Source: an uncultured Deinococcaceae bacterium
GTDB taxonomy: Bacteria; Deinococcota; Deinococci; Deinococcales; Deinococcaceae
Direction of reading: 5' to 3'
Length of the DNA: 64,000 nucleotides
Assembly: GCA_964252075.1 (NCBI GenBank)
Contig: CAXULY010000012.1
Location: 32,001-96,000 of the forward strand
Shown here: one piece after another, positions 23,089-34,961 of the stretch
Layout of the letters: each line of letters opens with the position of its first letter
Numbering within the stretch: the stretch's first letter is position 1
Notes under the pieces: model-generated
The model's input: only the letters and a program-made list of their open reading frames with translations
Databases searched by the model: none
Told to the model about the DNA's origin: nothing
Program-made: the position numbers and the translations under genes

Positions 23089-23154
23089 GCTTCCGCATGT
23101 TGTTCGGGTGACCCACATCGGGAGGGGCGGCACCATCGGGTAGACTTGGCGGGT

Positions 23155-25677
23155 ATGAACGTCATCGGCAAGGTGACCGTGCTGCCCAAACTGCCCGAGG
23201 CGATCTCGCGGCTGGGCGAGCTGGCCTATAACCTCTACTGGTCCTGGACGCCCGAAGCCCAGGCGCTGTACGAAGTGCTCGATCCGGCGGTTTGGGAGCG
23301 CTTCCAGCACAATCCCATCCGCACCCTCCTCGAAGTGCCCCGCGCGCGCCTGGAGAGCGCCGCGAGCGACCCCGCCTACCTGCAGGCCTACGCGAAGGCC
23401 ATGGCGGCCTTCGACGCCTACATGCAAGAACCGAGCCCCTGGGCGAGCCGCAACGTCGCGGCGCTGAAGCCCATCGCGTACTTCAGCATGGAGTACGGCT
23501 TCCACGAGTCGTTGCCCATCTACTCCGGCGGTCTGGGCGTGCTCGCGGGCGACCACTGCAAGAGCGCCAGCGACCTCGGCCTGCCCTTCCAGGCGGTCGG
23601 CCTGCTGTTCCACCAGGGGTACTTCCGCCAGACCTTCTCCCGCGACGGCTGGCAGGAGGAAAGCTACGACGAACTCGACCTCACCACCCTCCCCATGCGA
23701 CCCGCGCGCACCCCGGACGGGCAGGAGGCGCGCTTCAGCATGCCGCTCGCGGGCCGCACCATCACGCTGCGCGTGTGGGAACTGCAGGTGGGGCGCATCA
23801 AGGTGTACCTGCTGGACAGCAACGTCCCCGAGAACAGCGAGGCGGACCGCGCGCTCACCGCGCGCCTGTACGGCGGCAACCAAGAACTGCGCATCCAGCA
23901 GTACCTGATCCTCGGAGTGGGTGGCGTGCGCGCCCTGCGCGTGCTGGGCCTGAACCCTGAGGTCTTCCACATGAACGAGGGGCACGCCGCGCTGCTCGGC
24001 CTGGAGCGCATCCGTGAACTCGTCGCGCAGGGCACCGACTTCCGCACGGCACTGGAGGCCGTCGCGAGCGGCACGCTGTTCACCACGCACACGCCCGTCG
24101 CGGCGGGCAACGACGCCTTCGCGCTCGACCTGATGGACCGCTTCCTGGGCGAGTGGCCGGGGCAGCTCGCCACCAGCCGCGACGAGCTGTACGCGCTGGC
24201 GCGGCAGGACCAGAACTGGAACAACCAGTGGGTGCCGACCTTCAGCATGACGGTCCTCGCGCTGAACCTCTCGCGCGCCGCGAACGGCGTGTCCGAACTG
24301 CACGGCGAGGTGAGCCGCCGCCTGTGGCAGTTCCTGTACCCCGGCCTGGAGGAACGCGAGGTGCCCATCGGGCACGTCACGAACGGCGCGCACACCCTCA
24401 CCTTCCTGGCGCAGCCGCTGCGCGACCTGTACGGCACGGCGCTCCCCGAGGACTGGACCGCCCGCATCGAGCAGAAGGACATGTGGCGCGCCATCGAGCA
24501 GATCCCCGACGACGCGCTCGCCGCCACGCAGCGCCGCCTCAAGGGCGACATGATCGCCTTCGTGCGCGAGCGCCTGCGCGCCCAGCTGGAACGCAACGGC
24601 GCGAGCGCCGCGGACCTCAAGGCGCTCGACAACGTGCTCAGCCCGGACGCCCTCACCATCGGCTTCGCGCGGCGCTTCGCGACGTACAAGCGCGCCACGC
24701 TGCTGTTCAGGGACCGCGCGCGCCTCGCGCGCATCGTGAACAACCCCGAGCGCCCCGTGCAGTTCGTGTTCGCGGGCAAGGCGCACCCCGCCGACAACCC
24801 CGGCAAGGCCTTCATTCAGGAGCTGTACCGCATGTCGCAGGAACCGGAGTTCCGCGGCAAGATCGTGATCCTCGAGAACTACGACATGAACGTCGCGCGC
24901 CACCTCGTGCAGGGCGTGGACGTGTGGCTGAACAACCCCCGCCGTCCGCTGGAGGCCAGCGGCACCAGCGGCATGAAGGCGTCCTTCAACGGCGCGCTGA
25001 ACTTCTCCATCCTGGACGGCTGGTGGCGCGAGGGCTACGACGGCACGAACGGCTGGGCCATCGGTGACGAACGCGAGTACGCCGATCTGAACATCCAGGA
25101 CGACGCGGACAGCTTCTCGCTGTACGAGACGCTGGAGAAGGACATCGCGCCGCTCTTCTACCGCCGCAACGACGCCGGGCACAACCACGAGTGGCTCTCG
25201 CGCGTGCGCCGCGCCATCGAGACCGTCACGCCCGAGTTCAGCATGCAGCGCCAGGTCATTGATTACGCCACGAAGTACTACCTGCCGCTCAGCGAGCGGC
25301 AGCAGGCGGTGCGCCAAGACGACCTCGCGCTCGCCCGCACGCTCGGCGGGTGGAAGGCCTGGATTCGCCAGCAGTGGCCGCACGCCAGCGTCACGGCGAG
25401 CGCGCAGCTGCCCGCCGCCGTGAACCCCGGCCAGACCGTCACGGTGCAGGCGCAGGTGCAGCCCGCCGGCATCCAGGAGCGCGAACTGCACGTGGAGGCG
25501 GTGCTGCGGCGCGGCGACGACCTCACGCGCGTGCCGCTCACCGCGCAGGGCGGCGGGCGCTACGAGGCGCTCATCCCGCTGAACGACAGCGGCCTGTACT
25601 CGGTGGGCGTGCGCATGTACCCCACCCGCCCGGAACTCGGGGGCGAGTTCGAGACGGGCCTCGCCAAGTGGGCCTGA
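23155..25677 (+). CDS. glgP: Alpha-glucan (glycogen/maltodextrin) phosphorylase
   Basis: YSGGLGVLAGDH, NEGH, FTTHTP, ARRFATYKR, EASGTSGMK. Confidence 0.96.
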   Translation: MNVIGKVTVLPKLPEAISRLGELAYNLYWSWTPEAQALYEVLDPAVWERFQHNPIRTLLEVPRARLESAASDPAYLQAYAKAMAAFDAYMQEPSPWASRNVAALKPIAYFSMEYGFHESLPIYSGGLGVLAGDHCKSASDLGLPFQAVGLLFHQGYFRQTFSRDGWQEESYDELDLTTLPMRPARTPDGQEARFSMPLAGRTITLRVWELQVGRIKVYLLDSNVPENSEADRALTARLYGGNQELRIQQYLILGVGGVRALRVLGLNPEVFHMNEGHAALLGLERIRELVAQGTDFRTALEAVASGTLFTTHTPVAAGNDAFALDLMDRFLGEWPGQLATSRDELYALARQDQNWNNQWVPTFSMTVLALNLSRAANGVSELHGEVSRRLWQFLYPGLEEREVPIGHVTNGAHTLTFLAQPLRDLYGTALPEDWTARIEQKDMWRAIEQIPDDALAATQRRLKGDMIAFVRERLRAQLERNGASAADLKALDNVLSPDALTIGFARRFATYKRATLLFRDRARLARIVNNPERPVQFVFAGKAHPADNPGKAFIQELYRMSQEPEFRGKIVILENYDMNVARHLVQGVDVWLNNPRRPLEASGTSGMKASFNGALNFSILDGWWREGYDGTNGWAIGDEREYADLNIQDDADSFSLYETLEKDIAPLFYRRNDAGHNHEWLSRVRRAIETVTPEFSMQRQVIDYATKYYLPLSERQQAVRQDDLALARTLGGWKAWIRQQWPHASVTASAQLPAAVNPGQTVTVQAQVQPAGIQERELHVEAVLRRGDDLTRVPLTAQGGGRYEALIPLNDSGLYSVGVRMYPTRPELGGEFETGLAKWA

Positions 25678-25694
25678 ACCACGCGTAGTGGGTG

Positions 25695-25718
25695 GGGCCG
25701 CAGCGCGCGCTGCGGCCC
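25695..25718 (+). terminator. 24-bp perfect palindrome after glgP
   Basis: GGGCCGCAGCGC|GCGCTGCGGCCC followed by ACTTGTCTT. Confidence 0.6.
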
Positions 25719-25762
25719 ACTTGTCTTGCCCGTCCGGTCGCCCCGCGGCTGGACGCATTACC

Positions 25763-26653
25763 ATGACGGTCGTGGCCCGCTCGTCCGCCCTCCCCCGCCC
25801 GCCCCTGCCGCCCATCCCGGCGGCCCTGGCGGCCATGGTGTCCATTCAGGGCGGCGCGGCGCTCGCCAAGGGCCTGTTCGCGGTGGCGGGACCCCTCGGC
25901 ACCACGGGCCTGCGCGTGACGCTCGCGGCGGTCCTGCTGAGCCTCGTGAGCGTGCCCGCTCTGCGCGGCCTGCGCGCCGCACAGTGGCGGGCACTGCTGC
26001 CGTACGGCGTGGTGCTGGGCGTCATGAACCTCTGCTACTACGTGGCGCTCAGCCACCTGCCGCTCGCGCTGGCCGTCACTCTGGAGTTCGTGGGACCACT
26101 CGGCGTGGCGGTGCTGTCCAGCCGCCGCGCGCTGGACGTCCTGTGGGTGCTGCTCGCCGCGGCGGGCATCGCGCTCATCACGCCGTGGCAGGCGGGCAGC
26201 GACGTGAGCCTGCTCGGCGTGGCGTTCGCACTCGCGGCCGGGGTGTGCTGGGGACTGTACATCGTGCTGGGTCAGCGCGCGTCGAAGGCCGTGCAGGGCC
26301 GCGCGGCGGTCGCGGGCGGCATGCTGTTCGCGGCGGTTGTCGCGCTGCCCTTCGGGCTGTTCGCGGGCGGCGCGGCGCTCCTGAACCCCGCCGCGCTCGG
26401 CGTGGGCCTCCTGGTGGCGCTGCTGTCCAGCGCCCTCCCGTACAGCCTGGAGATGGCGGCGCTGCGCGCGCTGCCTGCCCGCACCTTCGGCGTGCTGATG
26501 AGCGTGGAGCCCGCATTCGCGGCCCTGATCGGCCTGATCTTCCTGCACGAGCAGCTGAGCACGTGGCAGTGGCTGGCGATCGCGTGCGTCATCACCGCGA
26601 GCGCCGGCAGCACCCTCGGCGCGAGAAACACCCCCGCCCCCGTCGAGGTGTGA
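25763..26653 (+). CDS. EamA/DMT transporter, RhtA-like
   Basis: SIQGGAALAK, AVTLEFVGPL, LSSALPYSLE, FGVLMSVEP. Confidence 0.92.
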   Translation: MTVVARSSALPRPPLPPIPAALAAMVSIQGGAALAKGLFAVAGPLGTTGLRVTLAAVLLSLVSVPALRGLRAAQWRALLPYGVVLGVMNLCYYVALSHLPLALAVTLEFVGPLGVAVLSSRRALDVLWVLLAAAGIALITPWQAGSDVSLLGVAFALAAGVCWGLYIVLGQRASKAVQGRAAVAGGMLFAAVVALPFGLFAGGAALLNPAALGVGLLVALLSSALPYSLEMAALRALPARTFGVLMSVEPAFAALIGLIFLHEQLSTWQWLAIACVITASAGSTLGARNTPAPVEV

Positions 26654-26830
26654 ACAGCGCCAGCGTTCTCCCCGCCTTTCAGTGAGCCCAAGCCGCGCGA
26701 GGGCCGACCACAGGAAAGCTCGCCCGCGAATGCCCAGCAGCGCTTTCCATACAGCGAAGCGCCAAGCGACCAGGCTCGGCGCTGGGAGCGAATGAGCAAC
26801 CCAGCCACCTTTCCGGCCACCCATGCCCAG

Positions 26831-26883
26831 CGCACCCCCCAGCCCCCCTACCCCCAGAGGGGGCAGGGGGGCTGGGGGGTGCG
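26831..26883. repeat. Long G/C-run inverted repeat (25-bp stem, 1 mismatch) in a 300-nt intergenic region
   Basis: CGCACCCCCCAGCCCCCCTACCCCC-AGA-GGGGGCAGGGGGGCTGGGGGGTGCG. Confidence 0.7.
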
Positions 26884-26912
26884 GGCCACCCGCGCCATGA
26901 AAGCCAGCCACC

Positions 26913-26941
26913 AAAAAAGACGCCAGCCAAATCGGCTGGCG
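26913..26941 (-). terminator. Intrinsic terminator of the DdrA-like gene
   Basis: minus strand CGCCAGCC-GATTT-GGCTGGCG-TCTTTTTT. Confidence 0.75.
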
Positions 26942-26959
26942 CCCCAATAAACCTCGCTG

Positions 26960-27817
26960 TTAGTCTGCCGCCTGCTGCGACGCCGCTTCGAGCTGCTTCG
27001 CCGCGCGGTACACGGTGGCCGCCTCACCTTCCGTGAGCCCGGCGAGGCCCGTGACCTCGAAGCCGAGCACCTTGGTGGCGTAGTCGGCGTGGCTCATGCT
27101 GGCGTACTCGGTGGTGCGCAGCACGACGCCGAGTTGCTCGTGGAGTTTCACGGCGCGCTCCTCACCGATGGGTGGGGGGCCGTCCTCCGCGCAGCTCACG
27201 CCGGTGATGCCGTCCGGGTTGTAGCCGCTGACCTTGATGGCACCGAAGCGGGGGAGCTTCTCGGCGCGCGACAGGACCGCCTGCGTGAGCTGCGCGAGTT
27301 CCGCCTGTGCGTCGCGGGTGATGAACCACGTGGAGCCGTACTTCTCAACTTTCGCGCGGACCTGCGGGAAGCGGTACAGGAACGCGCCCACGCCGTACTG
27401 GACGGCGGCGCGTTTGAGGGCGTCGCTGTAGAGGTCCTTGGTGTCACTGTCCGGGCTGCGGCTGGGTTCGACGGTGCCGACGTCGCTGCGCGTCACGCCG
27501 CAGACGGTGAGTTTGCATTCCAGGGCGGGGAAGCCGACGGTGACGGGTGGGAGCACGTACTCGGTGCTCCAGGCGCCGGGCACCACGTCGTCGAGGTGGG
27601 CGGCGACGGTGCGGGCGTCGACGTACACGACGACCACGGCGTAGGCTTCACCCTGGCCTTCCTTGGGGTTGGCCTGGACCTTCCAGCGGATGTGTTCGGG
27701 CGCGAAGGGCTGGCGCAGGCGTTTGACCACCTCGGCGCTGAGGCTGTCCGGGGTGGCGCGCATGGGCCGCGGCGCGGGTCGGGCGGCCTTCTTCGGGGTG
27801 GCTGCATCGTCTGGCAT
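26960..27817 (-). CDS. Rad52/Rad22 family ssDNA-annealing protein (DdrA/Sak-like)
   Basis: L..PF....I.WK, YVDAR, W, C.LT..GVTRSDVG, SDALKRAAVQYGVG.FLY; GGAGG RBS. Confidence 0.88.
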   Translation of the reverse strand: MPDDAATPKKAARPAPRPMRATPDSLSAEVVKRLRQPFAPEHIRWKVQANPKEGQGEAYAVVVVYVDARTVAAHLDDVVPGAWSTEYVLPPVTVGFPALECKLTVCGVTRSDVGTVEPSRSPDSDTKDLYSDALKRAAVQYGVGAFLYRFPQVRAKVEKYGSTWFITRDAQAELAQLTQAVLSRAEKLPRFGAIKVSGYNPDGITGVSCAEDGPPPIGEERAVKLHEQLGVVLRTTEYASMSHADYATKVLGFEVTGLAGLTEGEAATVYRAAKQLEAASQQAAD

Positions 27818-27835
27818 AGAAACCTCCGAAAACAA

Positions 27836-27852
27836 TTATACAAATAACAGAA
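27836..27852 (-). promoter_or_regulatory. RDRM-like (DdrO) operator overlapping TATAAT
   Basis: minus strand TTCTGTT-ATT-TGTATAA (17 bp). Confidence 0.65.
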
Positions 27853-27930
27853 CGAGATTGCCAGTGGCGGCGGTCCTGCATGAAGGATGCATGCCGCTCC
27901 AGCCGAGCTTCACCCAGTTATGCTGACCGC

Positions 27931-29361
27931 ATGCCCGCCCCCCTGGACGCCCGCGTGATCGGCTCCGGCCCGAACGGCCTCGCAGCGGCGATCACGCTCG
28001 CCCGCGCGGGCCTCAAGGTGCAGGTATACGAGCGGCACGCGCAGGTGGGGGGCGGTCTGAGCAGCGGCGCGCTTACCCTGCCGGGCTTCATGCATGACCT
28101 GGGCTCGGCGGTGCACCCGCTCGGCGCGGCCTCCCCCGGGTTCCGCGAGTGGCCGTTGCACGCCTTCGGCCTGGACTGGGTGCATTCGCCCAGCACCTTC
28201 GCGCACCCGCTTGATGAAGGGGCGGTCCTCCAAGACCGCTCGCTGGACGTGACTGCCGCCGCGCTCGGGCCGGACGGCCCCACGTACCGGGACCTCGTGG
28301 GGCCGCTGCTGCCGCACTGGGCGGACCTGCTAAACGACATCCTGAGGCCCCTCGTGCGGGTGCCGCGCCACCCCTTCACCCTCGCGCGCTTCGGGCTGCG
28401 GGCGGTGCAGAGCGCCGCCCTGATCGCCACACGCTTCCGCACTGAACAGGCGCGCGCCCTGTGGGGCGGGGTGGCCGCGCACGCGGGCCTGAACCTGAGC
28501 ACACCCGCGAGTGCCGCGCCGGGCCTCGTGCTGCTGCTGATGGGGCACGCTGTGGGCTGGCCCTTCCCGCGCGGTGGGGCGGGCGCCTTCGCGGAGGCCC
28601 TGAGCGCCTACCTGACCTTCCTGGGCGGCGAGGTCGTGACGGGCGTGCAGGTGAACAGCTTGGACGCCCTGCCACCCGCACGCGTCACGCTGGTGGACAG
28701 TGGCCCGGCGGAACTCGCGCGATTGCTCGGCGGCCCCGCCGGTGACTTCATCACCCACCGCGCCCGCCACTACGGTTACGGTCCCGGCAGCTTCAAGCTG
28801 GACTACGCCCTGAGCGGCCCCATCCCCTGGCGTGACCCGCGCGTGGGCCGCGCCGCGACCGTCCACCTGGGCGGCACCTGGGAGGAGGTGGCGGGGGCCG
28901 AAGCGCGCGTGGCACGAGGCACAAGCGCGCCCTCCCCCTACGTACTGGTCACGCAGCCCAGCCTCTTCGACCCCACGCGCGCGCCCCCCGGGCAGCACAC
29001 CTTGTGGGCGTACACGCACGTCCCGAACGGCAGCGCCGGGGACGCCACCGCCGCCATCGAGCGGCAACTGGAGCGCTTCGCGCCCGGCTGGCGCGACCTC
29101 GTGCTCGCGCGGCACGCCACGGCCGCCCCGGCCCTGCAGGCCTTCAGCCCCACCTTCATGGGCGGCGACGTGAACGGCGGGTCATCCAGTCTGTGGGGCC
29201 TGCTCGCGCGCCCGTGGCCGAGCGTGACGCCCTACCGTTCGGGCGTGCCGGGCGTGTACCTGTGCTCCGCCAGCACGCCGCCGGGCGGGGGCGTGCACGG
29301 CATGGCGGGGCACCACGCGGCCCTCACGGCGCTGCGCGACCACTTTCCGGGCGCGCGTTAG
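27931..29361 (+). CDS. FAD-dependent oxidoreductase, phytoene desaturase-like family
   Basis: [38 protein letters not shown]. Confidence 0.9.
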   Translation: MPAPLDARVIGSGPNGLAAAITLARAGLKVQVYERHAQVGGGLSSGALTLPGFMHDLGSAVHPLGAASPGFREWPLHAFGLDWVHSPSTFAHPLDEGAVLQDRSLDVTAAALGPDGPTYRDLVGPLLPHWADLLNDILRPLVRVPRHPFTLARFGLRAVQSAALIATRFRTEQARALWGGVAAHAGLNLSTPASAAPGLVLLLMGHAVGWPFPRGGAGAFAEALSAYLTFLGGEVVTGVQVNSLDALPPARVTLVDSGPAELARLLGGPAGDFITHRARHYGYGPGSFKLDYALSGPIPWRDPRVGRAATVHLGGTWEEVAGAEARVARGTSAPSPYVLVTQPSLFDPTRAPPGQHTLWAYTHVPNGSAGDATAAIERQLERFAPGWRDLVLARHATAAPALQAFSPTFMGGDVNGGSSSLWGLLARPWPSVTPYRSGVPGVYLCSASTPPGGGVHGMAGHHAALTALRDHFPGAR

Positions 29362-30058
29362 GCAGCGGCGCCTCCCCGCGCGCATACGCGACGGTGCGCT
29401 GCACGAGCACGTCTGTGGAACTCACGAGCGGCACGCTCAGGTCGCCCTGATCCAGCACCAGCGGCACCTCCGTGCAGCCCGCGAGGATCACCCTCGCGCC
29501 CTGACCCAGCAGCAGGGCGGTAAGGCCGCGCATCTCGGCGCGCTCGTCCGGGCCGGTGTGCCCGGCCTTGATGCAGTACATCAGGTCCATGAAGCGCGCC
29601 TGCTGGGGCGCGGAGAGCGTCAGCACGTCCAGGCTACGCTCCGCGAGGGCTGTCTGGTACAGCGCGGCGCGCAGGGCGCCGTCCGCCGCGAGCAGGCCCA
29701 CCCGCCGCGCGCCCGTGCGGGCCACCTCGTCCGCCGTCTCCTCGATGAGGCTCACGAAGGGAATCCTGACCGCTGCGCGGATGTCCGGGGCGTAGGCGTG
29801 CGCGGTGTTGCACACCAGCACCAGGAAGTCCGCGCCCGCCCCCTCCAGGCCGCGCGCCATGCCCACCAGGGCGGGCGCGGCGCTGGGGCCGGTGCCCGCG
29901 AGGGCGGCGTTGCGGTCCGGCACCTGTGGGTTCACGTCCATCAGCACGCGCAGGTGGTCCTGGTCGCTGGTGGCGGGCGTGGCGCGCAGGAGCTTCGCGT
30001 AGAAGTCCAGCGTCGCTTCCGGCCCCAGGCCGCCCAGCACGCCGACCGTCAGGCTCAC
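29324..30058 (-). CDS. Asp/Glu racemase family amino-acid racemase (cysteate racemase-like)
   Basis: [30 protein letters not shown] overlap with the upstream lyase. Confidence 0.9.
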   Translation of the reverse strand: MSLTVGVLGGLGPEATLDFYAKLLRATPATSDQDHLRVLMDVNPQVPDRNAALAGTGPSAAPALVGMARGLEGAGADFLVLVCNTAHAYAPDIRAAVRIPFVSLIEETADEVARTGARRVGLLAADGALRAALYQTALAERSLDVLTLSAPQQARFMDLMYCIKAGHTGPDERAEMRGLTALLLGQGARVILAGCTEVPLVLDQGDLSVPLVSSTDVLVQRTVAYARGEAPLPNARPESGRAAP

Positions 30059-31050
30059 GAGCGGAGCACGTCCTGGTAGGCGTACAGGGCGGGCGCGCCG
30101 CCCGTGTGGAGGAACAGCACCTTCTGGCCGCGCTCCCACTGGCCGCGCCGCACGAGGTCAATGAGGCCCGCCACGGCCTTCCCGGTGTACACGGGGTCGA
30201 GGAGGATGCCGTCGAGGCGCGCGAGAAGCCGCACCGCCTCCACCATCTCGGGCGTGGGGAGGGAATAGCCGGGACCCACCCACTCGTCGAGCGCCACGAC
30301 CGCCTCGCGCGGGATGGCGGGCGCGTTCAGCAGTTCGGCGGTCTGCTGGGCGAGGGCGTGCACGTTGCCTTCCTGCTCGGCGCGCGGGCGGCGCACGTTG
30401 ATGCCGGTGAGGGGGATGCCGGAGGCGTTCCCGGTGAGGCCCACCAGCAGGCCCGCGTGCGTGCCCGCGCTGCCGCTCGCGCACACCATGTGGTCGAGGG
30501 GGAGGCCCAGGTCGAAGGTCTGCGCGAGGATCTCCTCGGCGCACGCGACGTACCCGAGCGCGCCGAGCGGCGTGGAGCCCCCGCCGGGAATGATGTAGCC
30601 CTTGCGGCCCTGCGCGGCGAGGTCGTCCGCGATGGCCCGCATGGCGCCCGCGAGGTCCGCGCCGCCCTCCACCACCGTGACGGCCTCCACGCCCAGCAGG
30701 TCGAACAGGAAGTTGTTGCCGCTTGACCCAGGGTCGTAGCTATTCGGCACGCGCTGTTCCAGCACGAGGCGGCACTTCATGCCCTCCCGCACGGCGGCGG
30801 CGAGGGTGAGTCGGCAGTGGTTGGACTGCACAGCGCCCACCGTGATGAGGGTGTCTGCGCCCTGCGCGAGGGCATCCGCGACGAGGAACTCCAGCTTGCG
30901 GGTCTTGTTGCCACCGCCCGTGAGGCCCGTCAGGTCGTCGCGCTTGATGTAGATATCGGGCCCGCCGAGGTGCGCGGTGAGGTGCGGCAGGAACTCGATG
31001 GGGGTCGGGGCGGGCGTGTAGCGGCGGCGGGGAAAGCGCGCAAGGTGCAT
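30055..31050 (-). CDS. D-cysteine desulfhydrase / cysteate sulfo-lyase family PLP enzyme
   Basis: KRDD, GGNKTRKLEF, QSNH, GSAGT, DPVYTGK, HTGG. Confidence 0.92.
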   Translation of the reverse strand: MHLARFPRRRYTPAPTPIEFLPHLTAHLGGPDIYIKRDDLTGLTGGGNKTRKLEFLVADALAQGADTLITVGAVQSNHCRLTLAAAVREGMKCRLVLEQRVPNSYDPGSSGNNFLFDLLGVEAVTVVEGGADLAGAMRAIADDLAAQGRKGYIIPGGGSTPLGALGYVACAEEILAQTFDLGLPLDHMVCASGSAGTHAGLLVGLTGNASGIPLTGINVRRPRAEQEGNVHALAQQTAELLNAPAIPREAVVALDEWVGPGYSLPTPEMVEAVRLLARLDGILLDPVYTGKAVAGLIDLVRRGQWERGQKVLFLHTGGAPALYAYQDVLRS

Positions 31051-31206
31051 GTGGGCCTCCAGGGCAGGGTGATGGAAACGCGGCGGGATCGCTGACCTTT
31101 TCTATCATCTGCTGTGGGCGTGGCGCGGGCGCAGCTCAAGATTTCATGAGGGCGCATTGGGGGTTCGTCACCCCGTCACACCGCCCGTCGGCGGTCTCAT
31201 ACCCTC

Positions 31207-32604
31207 ATGTCCATGCAGAGCATCAACCCCGCGACGGGCGAGACCCTCGTCACCTTCGACACGCTCACGCCCGAGCAGGTGGAGGCGAAACTCGCGCTCG
31301 CGCAGCAGACCTTCCAGACCTACCGCCTCACCACCCTGGAGGAGCGCGCGGGGTGGCTCTCGCGCGCCGCCGAGCTGCTGGAGGAGCAGGTGGAGGCGCT
31401 CGCGCGCACCGCGACCCTGGAGATGGGCAAGACGCTGGAGGCGGCGCGGCAGGAGGTCAGGAAGTGCGCGAGCGCCTGCCGGTACTACGCGGAGCACGGC
31501 CCGCGCTTCCTGCAGGACGAGCCCGTGCAGACCGAGGCGGACGCCGCCTATGTGACGCACCAGCCGCTCGGGGTGGTGCTGGCGGTCATGCCGTGGAACT
31601 TCCCGTACTGGCAGGTGTTCCGCTTCCTGTGCCCGGCCCTCATGGCGGGCAACGTGGGCCTGCTGAAACACGCGAGCAACGTGCCGCAGTGCGCGCTCGC
31701 CATCGAGCGCGTGCTGCTGGAGGCGGGCTTCCCGCAGGGCGCGTTCCAGACCCTGCTGGTGGGCAGCGCGGACGTGGAGACCCTCCTGAAGGACGCGCGC
31801 GTGCGGGCCGTGAGCCTCACGGGTTCGGAGGCGGCGGGGCGCAGCGTGGCGGGCACCGCCGGGCGGGAACTGAAGCCCGCCGTGATGGAGCTGGGCGGCT
31901 CGGACCCCTTCATCGTGATGCCCAGCGCGGACCTGGACCTCGCGGTCAGGACGGCGGTGACGGCGCGCACCATCAACAACGGGCAGAGCTGCATCGCCGC
32001 GAAGCGCTTCATCGTGCACACGGCCGTGTACGCGGACTTCGAGGCGCGTTTCACGGCGGCCCTGGCGGCCCTGAAGCTGGGCGACCCGATGGATGAGGAG
32101 ACGGACGTGGGGCCGCTCGCCACGCCGAAGATCCGCGAGGAGCTGCACGCGCAGGTGCGGGACGCCGTGCAGAAGGGCGCGCGCCTCCTCACGGGCGGCA
32201 CCCTGCCGGACGGCGAGGGGAATTATTACCCCGTGACGGCCCTCGCGGGCCTCACGCCGGAGATGGGTGTGTGGCGCGAGGAGGTATTCGGGCCAGTCGC
32301 GCTGCTGTTCGAGGCACAGGACCTGGATCACGCGATCGAGCTGGCGAACGGCACGACCTTCGGGCTGGGGTCGAGCGCCTGGACGAACGACGAGGCGGAG
32401 CGCGCGCGCTTCATCCGGGACATCGAGGCGGGGAGTGTATTCATCAACAGCATGGTGGCGAGCGATCCGCGCCTGCCCTTCGGCGGCGTGAAGGCGAGCG
32501 GTTTCGGGCGGGAGCTGTCGCACCACGGCCTGATGGAGTTCGTGAACGTCAAGACGGTGAGCGTGGGCGCGCCGTCCGGGGCGCATCACACCCGCACGGA
32601 GTAA
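31207..32604 (+). CDS. NAD(P)-dependent succinate-semialdehyde dehydrogenase (Sad/GabD1 type)
   Basis: SINPATGE, MPWNFP, LKHASN, ELGGSD, GQSCIAAKR, PFGGVK.SG.GRE. Confidence 0.92.
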   Translation: MSMQSINPATGETLVTFDTLTPEQVEAKLALAQQTFQTYRLTTLEERAGWLSRAAELLEEQVEALARTATLEMGKTLEAARQEVRKCASACRYYAEHGPRFLQDEPVQTEADAAYVTHQPLGVVLAVMPWNFPYWQVFRFLCPALMAGNVGLLKHASNVPQCALAIERVLLEAGFPQGAFQTLLVGSADVETLLKDARVRAVSLTGSEAAGRSVAGTAGRELKPAVMELGGSDPFIVMPSADLDLAVRTAVTARTINNGQSCIAAKRFIVHTAVYADFEARFTAALAALKLGDPMDEETDVGPLATPKIREELHAQVRDAVQKGARLLTGGTLPDGEGNYYPVTALAGLTPEMGVWREEVFGPVALLFEAQDLDHAIELANGTTFGLGSSAWTNDEAERARFIRDIEAGSVFINSMVASDPRLPFGGVKASGFGRELSHHGLMEFVNVKTVSVGAPSGAHHTRTE

Positions 32605-32607
32605 AGC

Positions 32608-34917
<2,310 letters not shown>

Positions 34918-34938
34918 GCGCTCAGTGTAGCGCACTCC

Positions 34939-34955
34939 TTACGCTGTGGGCGTAA
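34939..34955. promoter_or_regulatory. RDRM (DdrO operator) upstream of recQ
   Basis: TTACGCT-GTG-GGCGTAA, 9 nt upstream of the TACACT -10. Confidence 0.8.
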
Positions 34956-34961
34956 CTGCGG

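Noticed and set aside
27918..27934. TTATGCTGACCGCATGC as a second RDRM
   Set aside because: Right half lacks the terminal TAA/GAA; better explained as a TATGCT -10 6 nt before the ATG
27931..29361. Calling the FAD oxidoreductase crtI or crtO
   Set aside because: Broad family motifs only; no carotenoid genes nearby
30055..31050. ACC deaminase
   Set aside because: Has Thr where ACC deaminases have the diagnostic Glu and Leu
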